Source: Camelus dromedarius
Taxonomy: Eukaryota
Direction: 5' to 3'
DNA: 64,000 bases
Assembly: GCF_036321535.1 (NCBI RefSeq)
Contig: NC_087437.1
Location: 31,684,001-31,748,000, forward strand
Below, piece after piece: positions 13,540 to 25,284 of the stretch. Numbering within the stretch: the stretch's first letter is position 1; every line of letters starts with the position of its first letter. Position numbers and translations under genes: made by a program. Under the pieces are notes generated by a model. The model was given only the letters and a program-made list of their open reading frames with translations, searched no databases and was not told the origin of the DNA.

Positions 13540-14340
13540 AGAATGACACCACCATTCTTCTTCCTGGCAAAGGCTAATTTTTTGAGCCTTTGCTTTACAT
13601 CTGCCTTTTCTAGGTCTTTGCACAAGAAATGGTCCCATCTCTTGTCTATTTTTAGGCTCTGTCACTGCACTCAGACTGTCTTCTCAGCTGTGTGTCTCAC
13701 CCAGGTGTCTCCATTCCTAACAAACCATTCTACTATGCATCTTCCTCTTTCTCTCCTTGCCACCTCAGAGTTCTTGAATGCTTCTACCACATAACTATTT
13801 TCTCACTTCTGCTTTACTGCTCAGTCTTTTCCTGCCTAATGCCTCTATCTAAGATCACCAAAGGCCTCCTTAATACCATATACTATGGACTCTGTTCAGC
13901 GTTTATTGGAGGTCTTAAACACAGACCATTACTTTCTTCTTTAAATTCTCTTATCCTCTGGCTTTTCAGAAGTTATTCTTTTGGCTTTTATTCTGACTTA
14001 CTGATTGCTCCTCCTTGGCCTTTTGAGGGATTCTCTTCTGTTTTAGTCTCATAAACATTAGTATTGTCCAGTATTTTATCCTTAGTACTTCTTACTTCAT
14101 ACCAATGAGTGATCTGTTTTTTCACTCATTCATTCATTTGTCAGTATTTGTTGAGTACATATTATGTGGTGGATACTGTGCTAGGTCTTGGGAGACCGTG
14201 ATGAACAAGACAGATATAGTCTCTGCATCATAGATCTTAGTCTACTCAGGGAGACAAATATTAACCAAACAAATTATCTCCCATGGCCTCAGTCATTATC
14301 TTTTTGTTGATAATGCTCAGATCTGTGTCTGCATCTTGCT
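13540..14340. mobile_element. L2 fragments, including a minus-strand L2 3' end at about 14120-14275
   Basis: ttcactcattcattcatttgtcagtatttgttgagtac...gtgctaggtcttgggagac...gaacaagacag, surrounded by pyrimidine-rich L2-like sequence. Confidence 0.65.
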
Positions 14341-14712
14341 TGGTTATTAAGTAAATTATAGCCAGAACATCTGAAGTAATAAAAGTCATTGAGGTGGCAA
14401 AAAAAAAATGTGGTTACTTTAAGCTGTGACATTTGAAGTGAAAGCACTGGATCAGTCATTTTAAAAGGTTTTATTTACTGTTACCGCAGGCTTTACACTG
14501 CCTGTTGAGCCATGGTACAGGAAGATGCTGTCTGGAAATCTGAGATTCTCTTTTAGGCTCTGTGACTAAGTAACTTTTGACCAAATTTTCTTCACTAAAT
14601 GCTTGCTGTTAAATTAATTTTAAAAGATCAAAAGAAAAAATGTGTATGAAAATAGTTAGCTATCTTTATAGTAATAACTTTATAGTAAAAACGATAACAC
14701 AATAGAATGAAT

Positions 14713-14837
14713 TGGGGTGACCTCAGTCTTCCTGGGGTATCCCCAGTTTATATCTGTCATCTCAGCATAATACAGATTGCACCTCCTTTCACTTTCAAAA
14801 CTTCTCCATTTAAACAGTAGTTTAGGTGGTTACTCTA
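14713..14837. mobile_element. MER94-like hAT-Blackjack MITE
   Basis: Degenerate terminal inverted repeats tggggtgacc...ggttactcta; internal cctttcactttcaaaac. Confidence 0.7.
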
Positions 14838-14932
14838 AAAGCATTTTTCAAAGAAAACCTTTTTTTCAAATAAATATGTGTTACTATGGCTGCTATTTTT
14901 TAAAATCCTAATTTTTCTCTACTGTTTTACAG

Positions 14933-15108
14933 TCAGAGACTGACGGAGTACAAACATTTCTGGAATAAGACTCTTTCATTACTTACTTTTACTAAAAGAG
15001 AGCTAACCAGTATTAAAAATGAAGTATATGATAATTTTCAAAACTGGACTTCACTGAAAGGAGAAGTTCTTCTACAAATTAAATCCATAAGTGAAACGGC
15101 TTTGACAG
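14933..15108 (+). CDS. LEKR1: Internal coding exon (176 bp, phase 2-1) of LEKR1
   Basis: Acceptor ctgttttacag|T and donor GACAG|gtttgt. Translates (S)QRLTEYKHFWNKTLSLLTFTKRELTSIKNEVYDNFQNWTSLKGEVLLQIKSISETALT(E), in frame with the previous exon. Confidence 0.93.
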
Positions 15109-15389
15109 GTTTGTTACATATATTTAGAACATAATTGTCCTTTTTGGGAAATGGTGCATCATAAATAATGAAATAATATTTTGTTTTATGTAATGGGAAT
15201 TATGATTAATTTTTAAACCTGTTATTGGTTGGTAGACTAGATGACCATTAAGATCTGTTTCAACCCTGAAATTCAATAATCATAGGCATGATCTAAGATA
15301 AGCTCTGAAACATCTATCTTGAACTGTGGCCAGAAGTCTGGTTATTCCTGTTAAATGTACAGATTTTGTATTTTAAAACTTTTTCTTCT

Positions 15390-18300
15390 GTTAATGGCTG
15401 AGTAGCTCTACTTAGATAAGATTTCCCAGATTACAGATAACAACTATAAATTCTGGACAAAATAACTACCGAAAAACACTGGAGAGTGACCAAAACCAAG
15501 TACATAATAGAGGGAACGTCAAAAATCAAAAGAAGGCATATTACTAATTTTAAAAAAGCCAATTGGAAAAGTCTATTTACTGGACCATTCCAACTATGTG
15601 ACATTCTGGAAAAGTGAAACTATGGAAACAGTAAGAGATCAGTGGTTGTCAGGGTAGGCAAGAAGGATGAATAGTTAGAGCATGGAGGATTTCAGGGCAG
15701 TGTAACTACTTTTGTATGATACTGTAATAGTGGGTACATGTGTTTATACATTTGTAAAAACCTATCGAATATAGGGGTGACAATGCATCAATGTAGGTTT
15801 ATTTATTATAACAAACTTACCACTCTGGTGCGGGATGTTGGTGGTTGGGGAAACTATGCATGTACGGCGGGCAGGGATTACCTGAGAGTTCTCTGTACTT
15901 TCTGCTTAATTTTACTGTGAACCTAAAACTGATCTAAAAATAGTATACTAGTTTTTTTTAATTGAAGGAAGAGAATAGTGCTGGGTGAATTCCTTGGGTT
16001 ATTTTTGTTGTTGTTTGTTTGGTTTTGGGTTTTTTTTTAAGGCTGTTAGATTGAGGGCAGGATATAGTCTATTCCATGCAGGGAAGCTAAAACTTTGCTA
16101 GAAATCTGTAGTCTTTTTGGCTTGAAGACTGGAGGACAGAGGTCAAAGCAGACCCAGCTTTGAGAAGAGAGAGCATATCCTAGAAAAGAGATAATAATAA
16201 AGGGAGAGCTCAAATTTTGCATGTAAAGTCTTCCTGAATCTCTGGCTTGTCCCTGAAATACATGTGTACAGGGAACACTCTAAGCAGCCCATCTATGGCT
16301 AAAGCGCGTGATATTACCTACCACCTACCCTAGGGGAAACAGTTTTTAGTATTTAGGTTCAGCCAAGCTAACTACCTGTTAAAACCAAACAATACCAAAA
16401 AAAAAAAAAAAAATCAGTACGGTGAGGAACATAACAGAGTCCAGTGTCTCCATAACATAACAGCCACAGTGTTCAGGTTACAGTCCAAAACTACTTGATT
16501 TAGGAAGAAGCAGGAAAATGGCTCATACTCAAAAGAGTAGGCGGTCAATAGAGACCAACCCTGAATTGGACCAGATGATATAATTAGCTGGCTAGGATTT
16601 CAAATCAGCTGTTAAATATGTTCAGTGACATAGAAGAAAATAAGCTAGTAAGGAATGATAGAAAATCTCAGCAAGATACAATTAAAAATTATAAATTCAA
16701 GAATTTAAAAATACAATATCTGAAATAAAAATTTAATGGATAGACTTTTATAGCGTATTGCAATTATCAAAGAATCAATGAACTTTAAGTTAAATCAATA
16801 GATATTATTCAATTTGAAGAAAAGAGATAAACATCAAAAAAAATGAACAGAGCCCCAGGAAAGGATTAAAATGTACCATAGGTGATAAATATCAGTAAAT
16901 ATGAAAGACTCTTTTTTTCATTTGAATTAAAAACATTTCTATGCTCATTTAAATTAAGAATTATGATATTTTGGGTGTTATAAACTATGTTGATTTAACA
17001 TATGACAACTAGAGCATAAAGGACAGAGGGATGGGGTAATAGACCCATGTGGTTGCACAATTTCTGTATTTTATGTGACATGGTGCAATATTCATTCTAT
17101 GTAGACTAAGAAGTTAAGGATGTATAATTCCTAGAGCAAGCACTAAGAAATAAATTTATAAAGCTATATAAAAATCTAATAATAATGGAGAATTAGCATC
17201 ACCTGACTCTGAGATTTATTAGAAAGTCACAGTAATCAAATCAATGTAATACTGGCTTATAGAGCAACAAAAGATCAAGGGAACAAAATAGACCCCTGTT
17301 GATACGATCATTTCACTTTTGACAAAGCACCAAAAGAAATTCAATGGGAAAAAGGAAGTCTTTCAACAAATTGATCTGGAACAACTGAATACCCATATAG
17401 GAAAACATACTTCAACTCCTATATTACACTGTACATAAAAATTAATTCAAGATAAATCAGAGCTAAATATATAAGCTGAAATAATAAAAGAAGAAACAGG
17501 AAGATATCTTCATGAATTGATAGTAAATGAAGGTTTCTCGCATAGAAGAAGGTTTCTCTTACAGAAGTAAGAACTACAAAAGAACAAAAATTGATGCTTT
17601 AGACTTCATCAAAATTAAAAACTTCTGTTCATCGAAAGATGTTATTAAGAAAATAGGTAAGCCACAGGCAGAAAATACTAAAAAAATCTGTGACACAAGG
17701 ACTGCTGTCCAAGTTATGTAAAGAAGACCTCTAAGTCAATATTAGAAGGACAAACAATCTAATCAAAAACGGCCAAAAGGTTTGAACAGACACTTTACAA
17801 GGAAAGATACACAAATGGCCAATAAGGAGATGAGAAAGTGCTCAACATTATGAGTCATAAGAGAAATGCAAATCAGAACCACAGTGAGATACTGGTACAC
17901 TAGATTAGCTCAAATGAAAAAGACTGACGACATCAAATGTTGGTGAGAAAGGAAGGCAACTGGAACCTCATGTAAACTAGTGAGAGTATAAAATGCTACA
18001 GCCACTTCAAAAAAAGATCTGATAGTTTTTTTAAATAAAACTAAAGATACATCTATCTGATGAGTCTGAAATTCTTCTCTTTGGAATTCACCATCTCCTT
18101 CAAATGAAAACATATGCCTGCAAAAATACTTGTATAAGAATATTCACCAACTTTATTCAAGCTTTAGTCAAAGTAGCCTTTAATTGGTAAAAGCCCAGAA
18201 GTACATCGCTAGAAAGGAGTGTCAAAAAAAACACAGAACTGAATAAAGAATGGAATATAGAATGAACTACAGTAATGCAGTAACTTGGATAAACCTCAAA

Positions 18301-18845
18301 AAATATTACACTGTCTGAAAGTAACCTTACACAAATAAAATATTTTGTAAGATTCCATTTACATGATGTTCTAGAATAGGTAAAACTGATCTACCATGGA
18401 AAAAAAACAGAACTGTACTTACCTCAGAGGAGGAAGGATTGACTGGAAAAGAGGCACAAGGGTACCTTCTGTGGTGATGGTAGTGCTCCCTATTTTAATA
18501 TTTTGATAGGGATCTGGGTTACACAGTGGATGTATTTTTCAAAATCATCTAATTGTACATTTGAGATTTGTGCTTTTCTTTGTAGGTAAATTTCACTCAA
18601 AAATTAGAAATATATATTGAACACTAATTAACAATGTGCATGCTAAAATGTTTAGGGAGTCAAGTATATTGATTTATCCTGAAATGCATAAAAATGTAAG
18701 ATGGGTAGATGAATGGCTGTGTGATAAAGCAAATACAGTAAAATGCCAATTAAAGAATCTAGCTGGTATATATGAGTTCATAGTACAAATCTTCCAACTT
18801 TTCTATATACTAAAAAATGTTTATAGTTAGATGTTGGAAAAAAGA
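15390..18845 (+). mobile_element. Composite of old sense-strand LINE-1 pieces (5'/ORF1 remnants, an inserted L1MC-like 3' end at about 15550-15945, ORF2 C-terminus and 3' UTR)
   Basis: ORF2-like peptide LDFIKIKNFCSSKDVIKKI (ORF 17527..17721); motifs gaaatgcaaatcagaaccacagtgagatac and gattccatttacatga. Confidence 0.8.
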
Positions 18846-19213
18846 AATCACTCTAACCATACAACTTCAGCTTCCTAATTTTGTTACATAATATGTGCCT
18901 TCAGAAGTGCATTTATATATAACAATATCATTTTAATTTTAAGAATTAAATTTAGACAATTATAAATGATTATAACAACCATATTTTCAACTGCAAAATT
19001 GACAACTTTTAAAACTTTACCTTTTAAAAAAGAAAAAATCATATTTCAAATATATTATTTATACTGTAATGTTATGCATATATTAATTATATTTATTATT
19101 TTTACATTAATTTTAAATTTTACATAGGTGATACCATATCATACATTGAACTTGCTTTTTCATTCAGTGGTATTTTTGAGATCAACATTAATATAAATAA
19201 AATATCACATGTA

Positions 19214-19653
19214 TGTTAGTGTCTTAGTTCTCACAGAAGCAGGCATTGAATCAAAGATATTAGTGCAGGTAGTTTATTTGGGAAGTGAAAGCAGCCCAGA
19301 TATAGGGAGACAAAGGCAGCCAATAACAGTTGTACCATTACAGTGGGCAACTGGAGCGTAGTCCCATGAAGGAACTCTGAGAAATGGTTTAAAATGCATG
19401 CCTCAGAATTCCTCACTCAAGGAGTGAGGGAGCTGGGCATCAACTCCCAAGAGTCATTGGCTACGTGCTGCTCCCAGACAGTGTAAATTCCTTGGCACTT
19501 CTAGCCTGCCATGTGGTAGGGAGTGCTGCTGTCTGCAGTTCCAGGGAAAAGATTCCTCTAGCACAGAGATGCAAATAGTAGGAGGTAGAAGTCAGTAGAA
19601 GAGCATTGAAAGGTTCAAGAGATATGGGCAGGGCACTGACAGTGTCCACTGCA
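19214..19653 (-). mobile_element. ERVL-class solo LTR (LTR16/LTR33-like)
   Basis: cagaagcaggcattgaatcaaag...gtagtttatttgggaagtga at one end and gatatgggcagggcactgacagtgtccactgca at the other; TG...CA termini. Confidence 0.7.
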
Positions 19654-19739
19654 GTTAATAATATAGATATACTTCATGGAATTTAATTTCATATAAATAT
19701 ACTCTTCTTTTATGCATCATTTTCATTATTTGAACATTT

Positions 19740-20070
19740 ACATGCATCTTTTTATGAATATATGTTTTTGTTTCTTTCTGGTAAATACCTAGGCGTAGAA
19801 TGGCTGGGTCATATGGTAGGATATATTTAACTTTTTAAGAAGCTGTATGTATATGTATAACTGAATCACTTTGCTGTACACCTGAAACTAACACCGTAAA
19901 ACAACTACACTTCAATAAAAACAAAAACAAAAAAACTACCCAATAGTTTTCCAAAGTGGTTGATCCTTTCAAATTCCTACCCGCAATGTGTGAGAGTTCT
20001 GATTGCTCCATATCCTTGTTAACACCTAGTATTGTCAGTCTTTTAAATTTTAGCCATTTTAATGGGCCAT
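19740..20070. mobile_element. Old minus-strand L1 fragment interrupted by a short plus-strand L1 tail (about 19843-19936)
   Basis: aaatacctaggcgtagaatggctgggtcatatggtag, then the insert tataactgaatcactttgctgtacacctgaaactaacac plus A-tail, then resumption at ttttccaaagtggttg. Confidence 0.8.
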
Positions 20071-20559
20071 GTATAGAGGATATTAGTCCACATTTCAAAT
20101 CATCTCGTCGATAATTTTTTCATTTTTGAGTGTCTTATCCCATCTTACTATAGAATATTTACCTTATGTCAGTAATGAACTCAGTCATATCAGAATAGGA
20201 GAAGCATCAGCTCTACCAGTTTTTGTTTTCATTTATTTTGCATTATTAGTATCTTCTCTAATCCATGATTTCTTTGGGGAAATCTTTTAAACTAATTGTC
20301 CACTTTACGACTTTTAGTTTAGGTTAACCACGTAGGGAACACATAGACTACAATATGTCACAATCACAGAAAGAGACAGAAAAGCAAAGAGGCACTAACA
20401 ACCTCTCTGCATGGAGGAGTATTATTCCTCCCTCAGAAAACTTTACTCACTTGACTCTCACTGAATGTGTCCAGTGGCCATGACTATATGATATAGGGAC
20501 AGAGGAAAGCACTTCAGGTTCATGAAGGGGAGACTTGCAAAGAGGCTCTCAGAACAAGT

Positions 20560-20875
20560 AGCTGCTCTTTCTTATGACTTAGATCTTAGTTCAGATGTCA
20601 ACAGAGAGATCTTTCCTGGCCACCCTAGTTAAAGTAGTCTTCCCTTACACTTCTGTATCCTATTTTTGTTTCACGTTTAATAACATTTATCACTGCCAGA
20701 AATATTCTTACCCATTTACTGATTTATGTGTTTACTGCCAGACTTCTCTTATTAGGCTATAATCTCCAGGAAGACAGGAATTTTGACAGCTTTGCTGAAT
20801 GCTGTATTTCTAGTGTTTTAAGAAAATTGTGCCTGTCACGTAGTAGGTGCTCAGTGAACATTGTGGAATTTAAAC
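20560..20875 (+). mobile_element. L2 3' end
   Basis: tataatctccaggaagacagg...tgctgtatttctagtg...gtagtaggtgctcagtgaaca. Confidence 0.75.
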
Positions 20876-22224
20876 TGAAATAAAAGTACATGCAAATTTT
20901 AACCTAGATTACTGGTAGTCCGTCTGTGCCTTTCAAAACCTCTGAGTATTTTCTAAATGTCTTTGGTAATACTCACATATCAATTCTATATCTGGAGAAA
21001 GGTAGTAAGGAGAGAGGAGTGGCCTTGTTTATGAGTTACACCTTCCTGAAGTTGTGGGTTACTATCAGTTGTAAAATTCTCAGTCTAATTTTTAAAGCCA
21101 GTTTGAGACTTGTTTCTTGAACTTTAAGGAGGCAAATGCAAAACTTGATAATCCTATTTTTTCCCCTCAAATTCAAATGCTTTTAAGGATTTTTCTGACC
21201 ATAAACATAAAATAGCTTCAATGTTAAAACAGAAAGTACAGAAAAAGAGCAAGGGAAGAAGATAACACCATCTGCAGTCTCATTACACAGAGATGTCTGC
21301 TGTTAACATTTTGATGTAGAGCTTTCTAAACTTTATTTTCTGTATAATATGCCATGGAAATACACAGTCATACCAAATAACAATGTAAACTGTGTTGACG
21401 TAGTATCTCATTATAGGAATGTATCTTAACTTATTTAACTGATTTTCTATTCATGGACATTTTGATCATAGTTTTTTGCTTTTGTAAGTAAGGCTTCAGT
21501 GAACTTCTTTACTCATGAATCTCTATGATCTTGTCCCATTTTTTCTTTAGCATAGTTAATTCCTAAAAGCAGAATTGAAGCATCAAAGTGTATGCCCATT
21601 TTGCTTTTTATTTACAAGTAATATTACATTTTACATTTTATCTAACATGAGAAAATGGGAGTAGTTTTCAACCCTTAACTTTGACATTTACCATTATAGT
21701 AAATCATATCACTTTTACATCAGAAGTGGGAGGGCTTAGAAGTTACACAGTGATCACTGCAGAAGCTCAGAGATGGAAATACATACACGAAAACAGTATA
21801 TTCAGTTTCCAAGCAAGAGCTTAGTGAACCTAACAGATGGGGCGTGTGAAACTGAAGCTATATTATTGTAAGGGCTTTTCCCTCCTTTAAAAAAACTTTC
21901 TCCTTACTCAGTATTATCGGTGCAACCAAAGCCTCAGGGCATAGACATACAAACATGTACAAGTATATACAAAACTGAAAATATGCTGATGCTTTCCTTT
22001 TTATATTCTCTTTGATCAAGAACACACTTTAAATTTAGCAGCAGTTCTCGTAAATATATAAACATGCCAATTTCACAATATAGAATTTTAAGTGAATAAT
22101 CTTTATCCTAAATTTAGATTCAGAGAAAATAGGGTGTAATGCTGTTGAAGGTTAATTTTTGTAAAGCTTGAGCAACTATCACACCTACACAAAAAGATGA
22201 CCAAGAGCCTAGGAAGTGTGTAGA

Positions 22225-22456
22225 CCCACATTGTCCAGTATTGTAGCCACCAACCATACATAGCTATTGAGCACTTTGAATGTGGCTGTAGCCTTTGGTT
22301 GAAATGACAGTAATTTTGGCTATGTAGAGTTAAATAAAACACAATGTGAAAATTAATTTAACATGCTTTTTTTTTTTTTTACATTTTTAACATGGCTACT
22401 AAAATTTTTTAATGTATATATGTGGCTTGCATTATATTTCTGTTAGACAATGCTGG
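22225..22456. mobile_element. MER3/MER33-like hAT-Charlie MITE
   Basis: cattgtccagtattgtagccaccaaccatacatagctattgagcactttgaatgtggct...tgtggcttgcattatatttctgttagacaatgctg, with degenerate inverted ends. Confidence 0.75.
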
Positions 22457-23054
22457 TATAAATAGTGAATAGAACTTTTTATACTTTTAAAAACTTAAAA
22501 TGTTATAATTTTATTTTGATTTATTTTCTATTTATAAAAATTATAAGGGCTTGTTGTCAATTATACATGAAAAACAATTTCAGCAGTCACCCTTTAAATT
22601 TTGTTACTATTATTTCTAGTTTGTTGTCTTAACCATTTAATTAAGCTTTTACTTAAGTTTATTAAACCAACTGTAGTCAAATGTAATAATTAGAACTTGT
22701 GGAAGAAATCAGGAAGAGTCAGGAGGGAATGCAGGATCCTTGGTGTCTTTGCCCTTTTACAGGCCTGACCATCAGGCCTAGAAGAGGGCCACGTAGCCAG
22801 TATGTCAGTGCCAGCCTATACTGGCCTTTTTTGTGTTGTGGATTTTAATTCTTAAATATTTAAAGGTGCATTGGAATCCTAAGAACAAGGCTCCTGAGCC
22901 AGAGAACCAAAGTTCACATAATGACTCTACAAAATCTCTGCGCTTCAGTGTCCTTATCCGTAAAATGCGTGCCCACGCACACATACACATACACACTCCA
23001 CAATGTGCCTATCACAGTAAGGAACCAAAATATGTTAACTGATATTATTTTATT

Positions 23055-23556
23055 CTTTTTTAATTTTTTTAAATTTTTTAAAACTTGTTTTATTGAGTTA
23101 TAATCATTTTACAATGCTGTGTCAAATTCCAGTGTAGAGCACAATTTTTCAGTCATACATGAACATACATATATATTCATTGTCACATTTTCTTCTCCGT
23201 GAGCTACCATAAGATCTTGTATATAGTTCGCTGTGCTATACAGTATGATCTCGTCCATCTATTCTACATTTTGAAATCCCAGTCTGTCCCCTCCCACCCC
23301 TGCCCCCTTGGCAACCACAAGTTTGTATTCTATGTCTATGAGTCTGTTTCTGTTTTGTATTTATGTTTTGTTTTGTTTGTTTTTTTAGATTCCACATATG
23401 AGCAATCTCTTATGGTATTTTTCTTTGTCTTTCTGGCTTACTTCACTTAGGATGACATTCTCCAGGAACATCCATGTTGCTGCAAATGGCGTTATGTTGT
23501 TGGTTTTTATGGCTGAATAGTATTCCACTGTATAAATATACCACATCTTCTTTATC
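23055..23556 (-). mobile_element. 5'-truncated young-lineage L1 3' end abutting the cTAGE-like retrocopy
   Basis: Clearly similar to the 3' end of the young L1 at 55600-56097 (tattgagttataatcattttacaatgctgtgtcaaattccagtg...). Similarity stops abruptly at ccacatcttctttatc (23556). Confidence 0.92.
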
Positions 23557-25030
23557 AAATTTATTTTTAATATGGATGTTGCTATAGCAAAATATAAAAC
23601 TTAAATGATAAAAGTTTATTCTAAGGGTACAATTTAACTTCATCTTAAAGAAGATCATCTATTTTTTTTAAAATATACATACCCACATAAAAAAAGGCTC
23701 TTTGACTTAAACTTATGACTTCAGAATTAAACTCTAGAAATAAATGCTGTGGCCATCTAAAAGTTTATATTGACAAATTAAATACATTTTCAAGTTATAA
23801 TGCAGTATTTGTATACAGAATAACTATATATATACTTCACTTACATTGCTGATATATGATAGTTACCCAAACTGTCTTGAGAAATGAGGCTATTATATAG
23901 ATTCAAACTAAGTAGAAGATCAGTCTCAATTATCTATTTCTTTCACAACTAATAAGAGATCTTCCAAACATTTGCTGAATATAGAAAAAGTCCCATGCTT
24001 CGTGGTGTGTTCTGGGAATTCCAATATATTTTAGATGAGAGATGTTGCCCGTGAAGGAATTCACTGCCGTGCTCACTTGTAAAGTTGGAGGAACTCTGGT
24101 CCAAAGGAAGGGATTTCCCTCCATTCACTGGCCTCAGTGCAGCTCAGATGAAGATCTGACTAAATGAGTGAATGTAGCCTGGCTGTTTGTGAGGCCTGGA
24201 TGGAGGGGAGAGAACATCACAGCTTTAATATGAGGGCCCACTCCTAGGAAACGGACCATCAGGACTTGGTGCTTGGCCTCCTGGCTGGGTTGTAAAAGCT
24301 CCTTGTGGAGTCCTGATTCTCATGACCTCTTCCAGGATCTTGAGCACTTTTAGCATCTCCGCCATCTCTTCTTACATAGACTGCAGGGATCTCTCTTTCT
24401 TCAGTTCTTGGTTGAGAAAATTGATTTCCTTCCTCGAGCTCAGGTTAACTGTCATCAACTTTCTGTAAGTATCAGCGAGGCTGGGTATATGTACTGGCTT
24501 CTTCTCTAGCCTGGCATTCTTTAAAGTTGTCTCCATCCTGACATACTCCTTTTTAGCCACACAAAGCTTGTCGATGAAGTGACATTTCTCCTCAATCTGT
24601 GCAGTGAGTGTTTCTGCCAGCTGCTTTTCATGTCTTCCATTCAGTTGACTTCTAACAGACTGAATAAGTCTGAAGGTAAATAAGACACCCACCAATAAGC
24701 TGAGGACAGGCAGACTCAACACTGTCTCCCACTGGAGGCTCTGGAACATGAACTGAGAACACAGGCCACTGGACAGCAGCCAAACCAGGACCGCACTCGG
24801 CTTCCTAAGGATCAGCCGAAAACCAAGCTCCACAGAGGACAGCAGCCCCTCCATGGTACTGATCCACCACAGGGCTCTGCCCAGTTACCTTGGATCCACC
24901 AGCCACAACAAGCCCCAGGGAACACCCCAACATTCCACCTGGAACCCAACCAGCAACTGACATCCTGGATTGGTCAGTTATCTCATCAGTGTTGGTGGGG
25001 AGGAGGAGGAGTTGTCAGAGGAGAGGGTTG
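23557..25030 (-). pseudogene. Intronless cTAGE5/MIA2-family (TANGO1-like ER export factor) retrocopy, antisense within a LEKR1 intron
   Basis: ORF 24854..24372 (160 aa) starts in a strong Kozak context (agtaccATGG). It has a hydrophobic segment WETVLSLPVLSLLVGVLFTF followed by SVRSQLNGRHEKQLAETLTAQIEEKCHFIDKL, resembling recalled cTAGE5 [32 protein letters not shown]. There are no introns. The frame continues after the TAA to a stop at 24225-24227. Minus-strand AATAAA signals lie at 23615-23620 and 23560-23565. Confidence 0.85.
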
Positions 25031-25284
25031 TAACTAAAATTATTCTTTTTTTATTCTGAAGTCCACATTCCTTCTGTTGTATTAGATTTTCATTTATCCT
25101 GCAGAAGTGTTCATTTGGTGGACTTGTAGCTCTTCTCCTAAATAAGGGAACAAAATTAATGCTCTTCACCAATAGTTTAAAAAATTATATATTCTCCAAA
25201 GGAAATGAAAACACTAGCTCAAAACTAACTATGTATGCACCCCCTGTTTGTACAACATATCCTTGTAGCTTGTTTGTTTTATAC

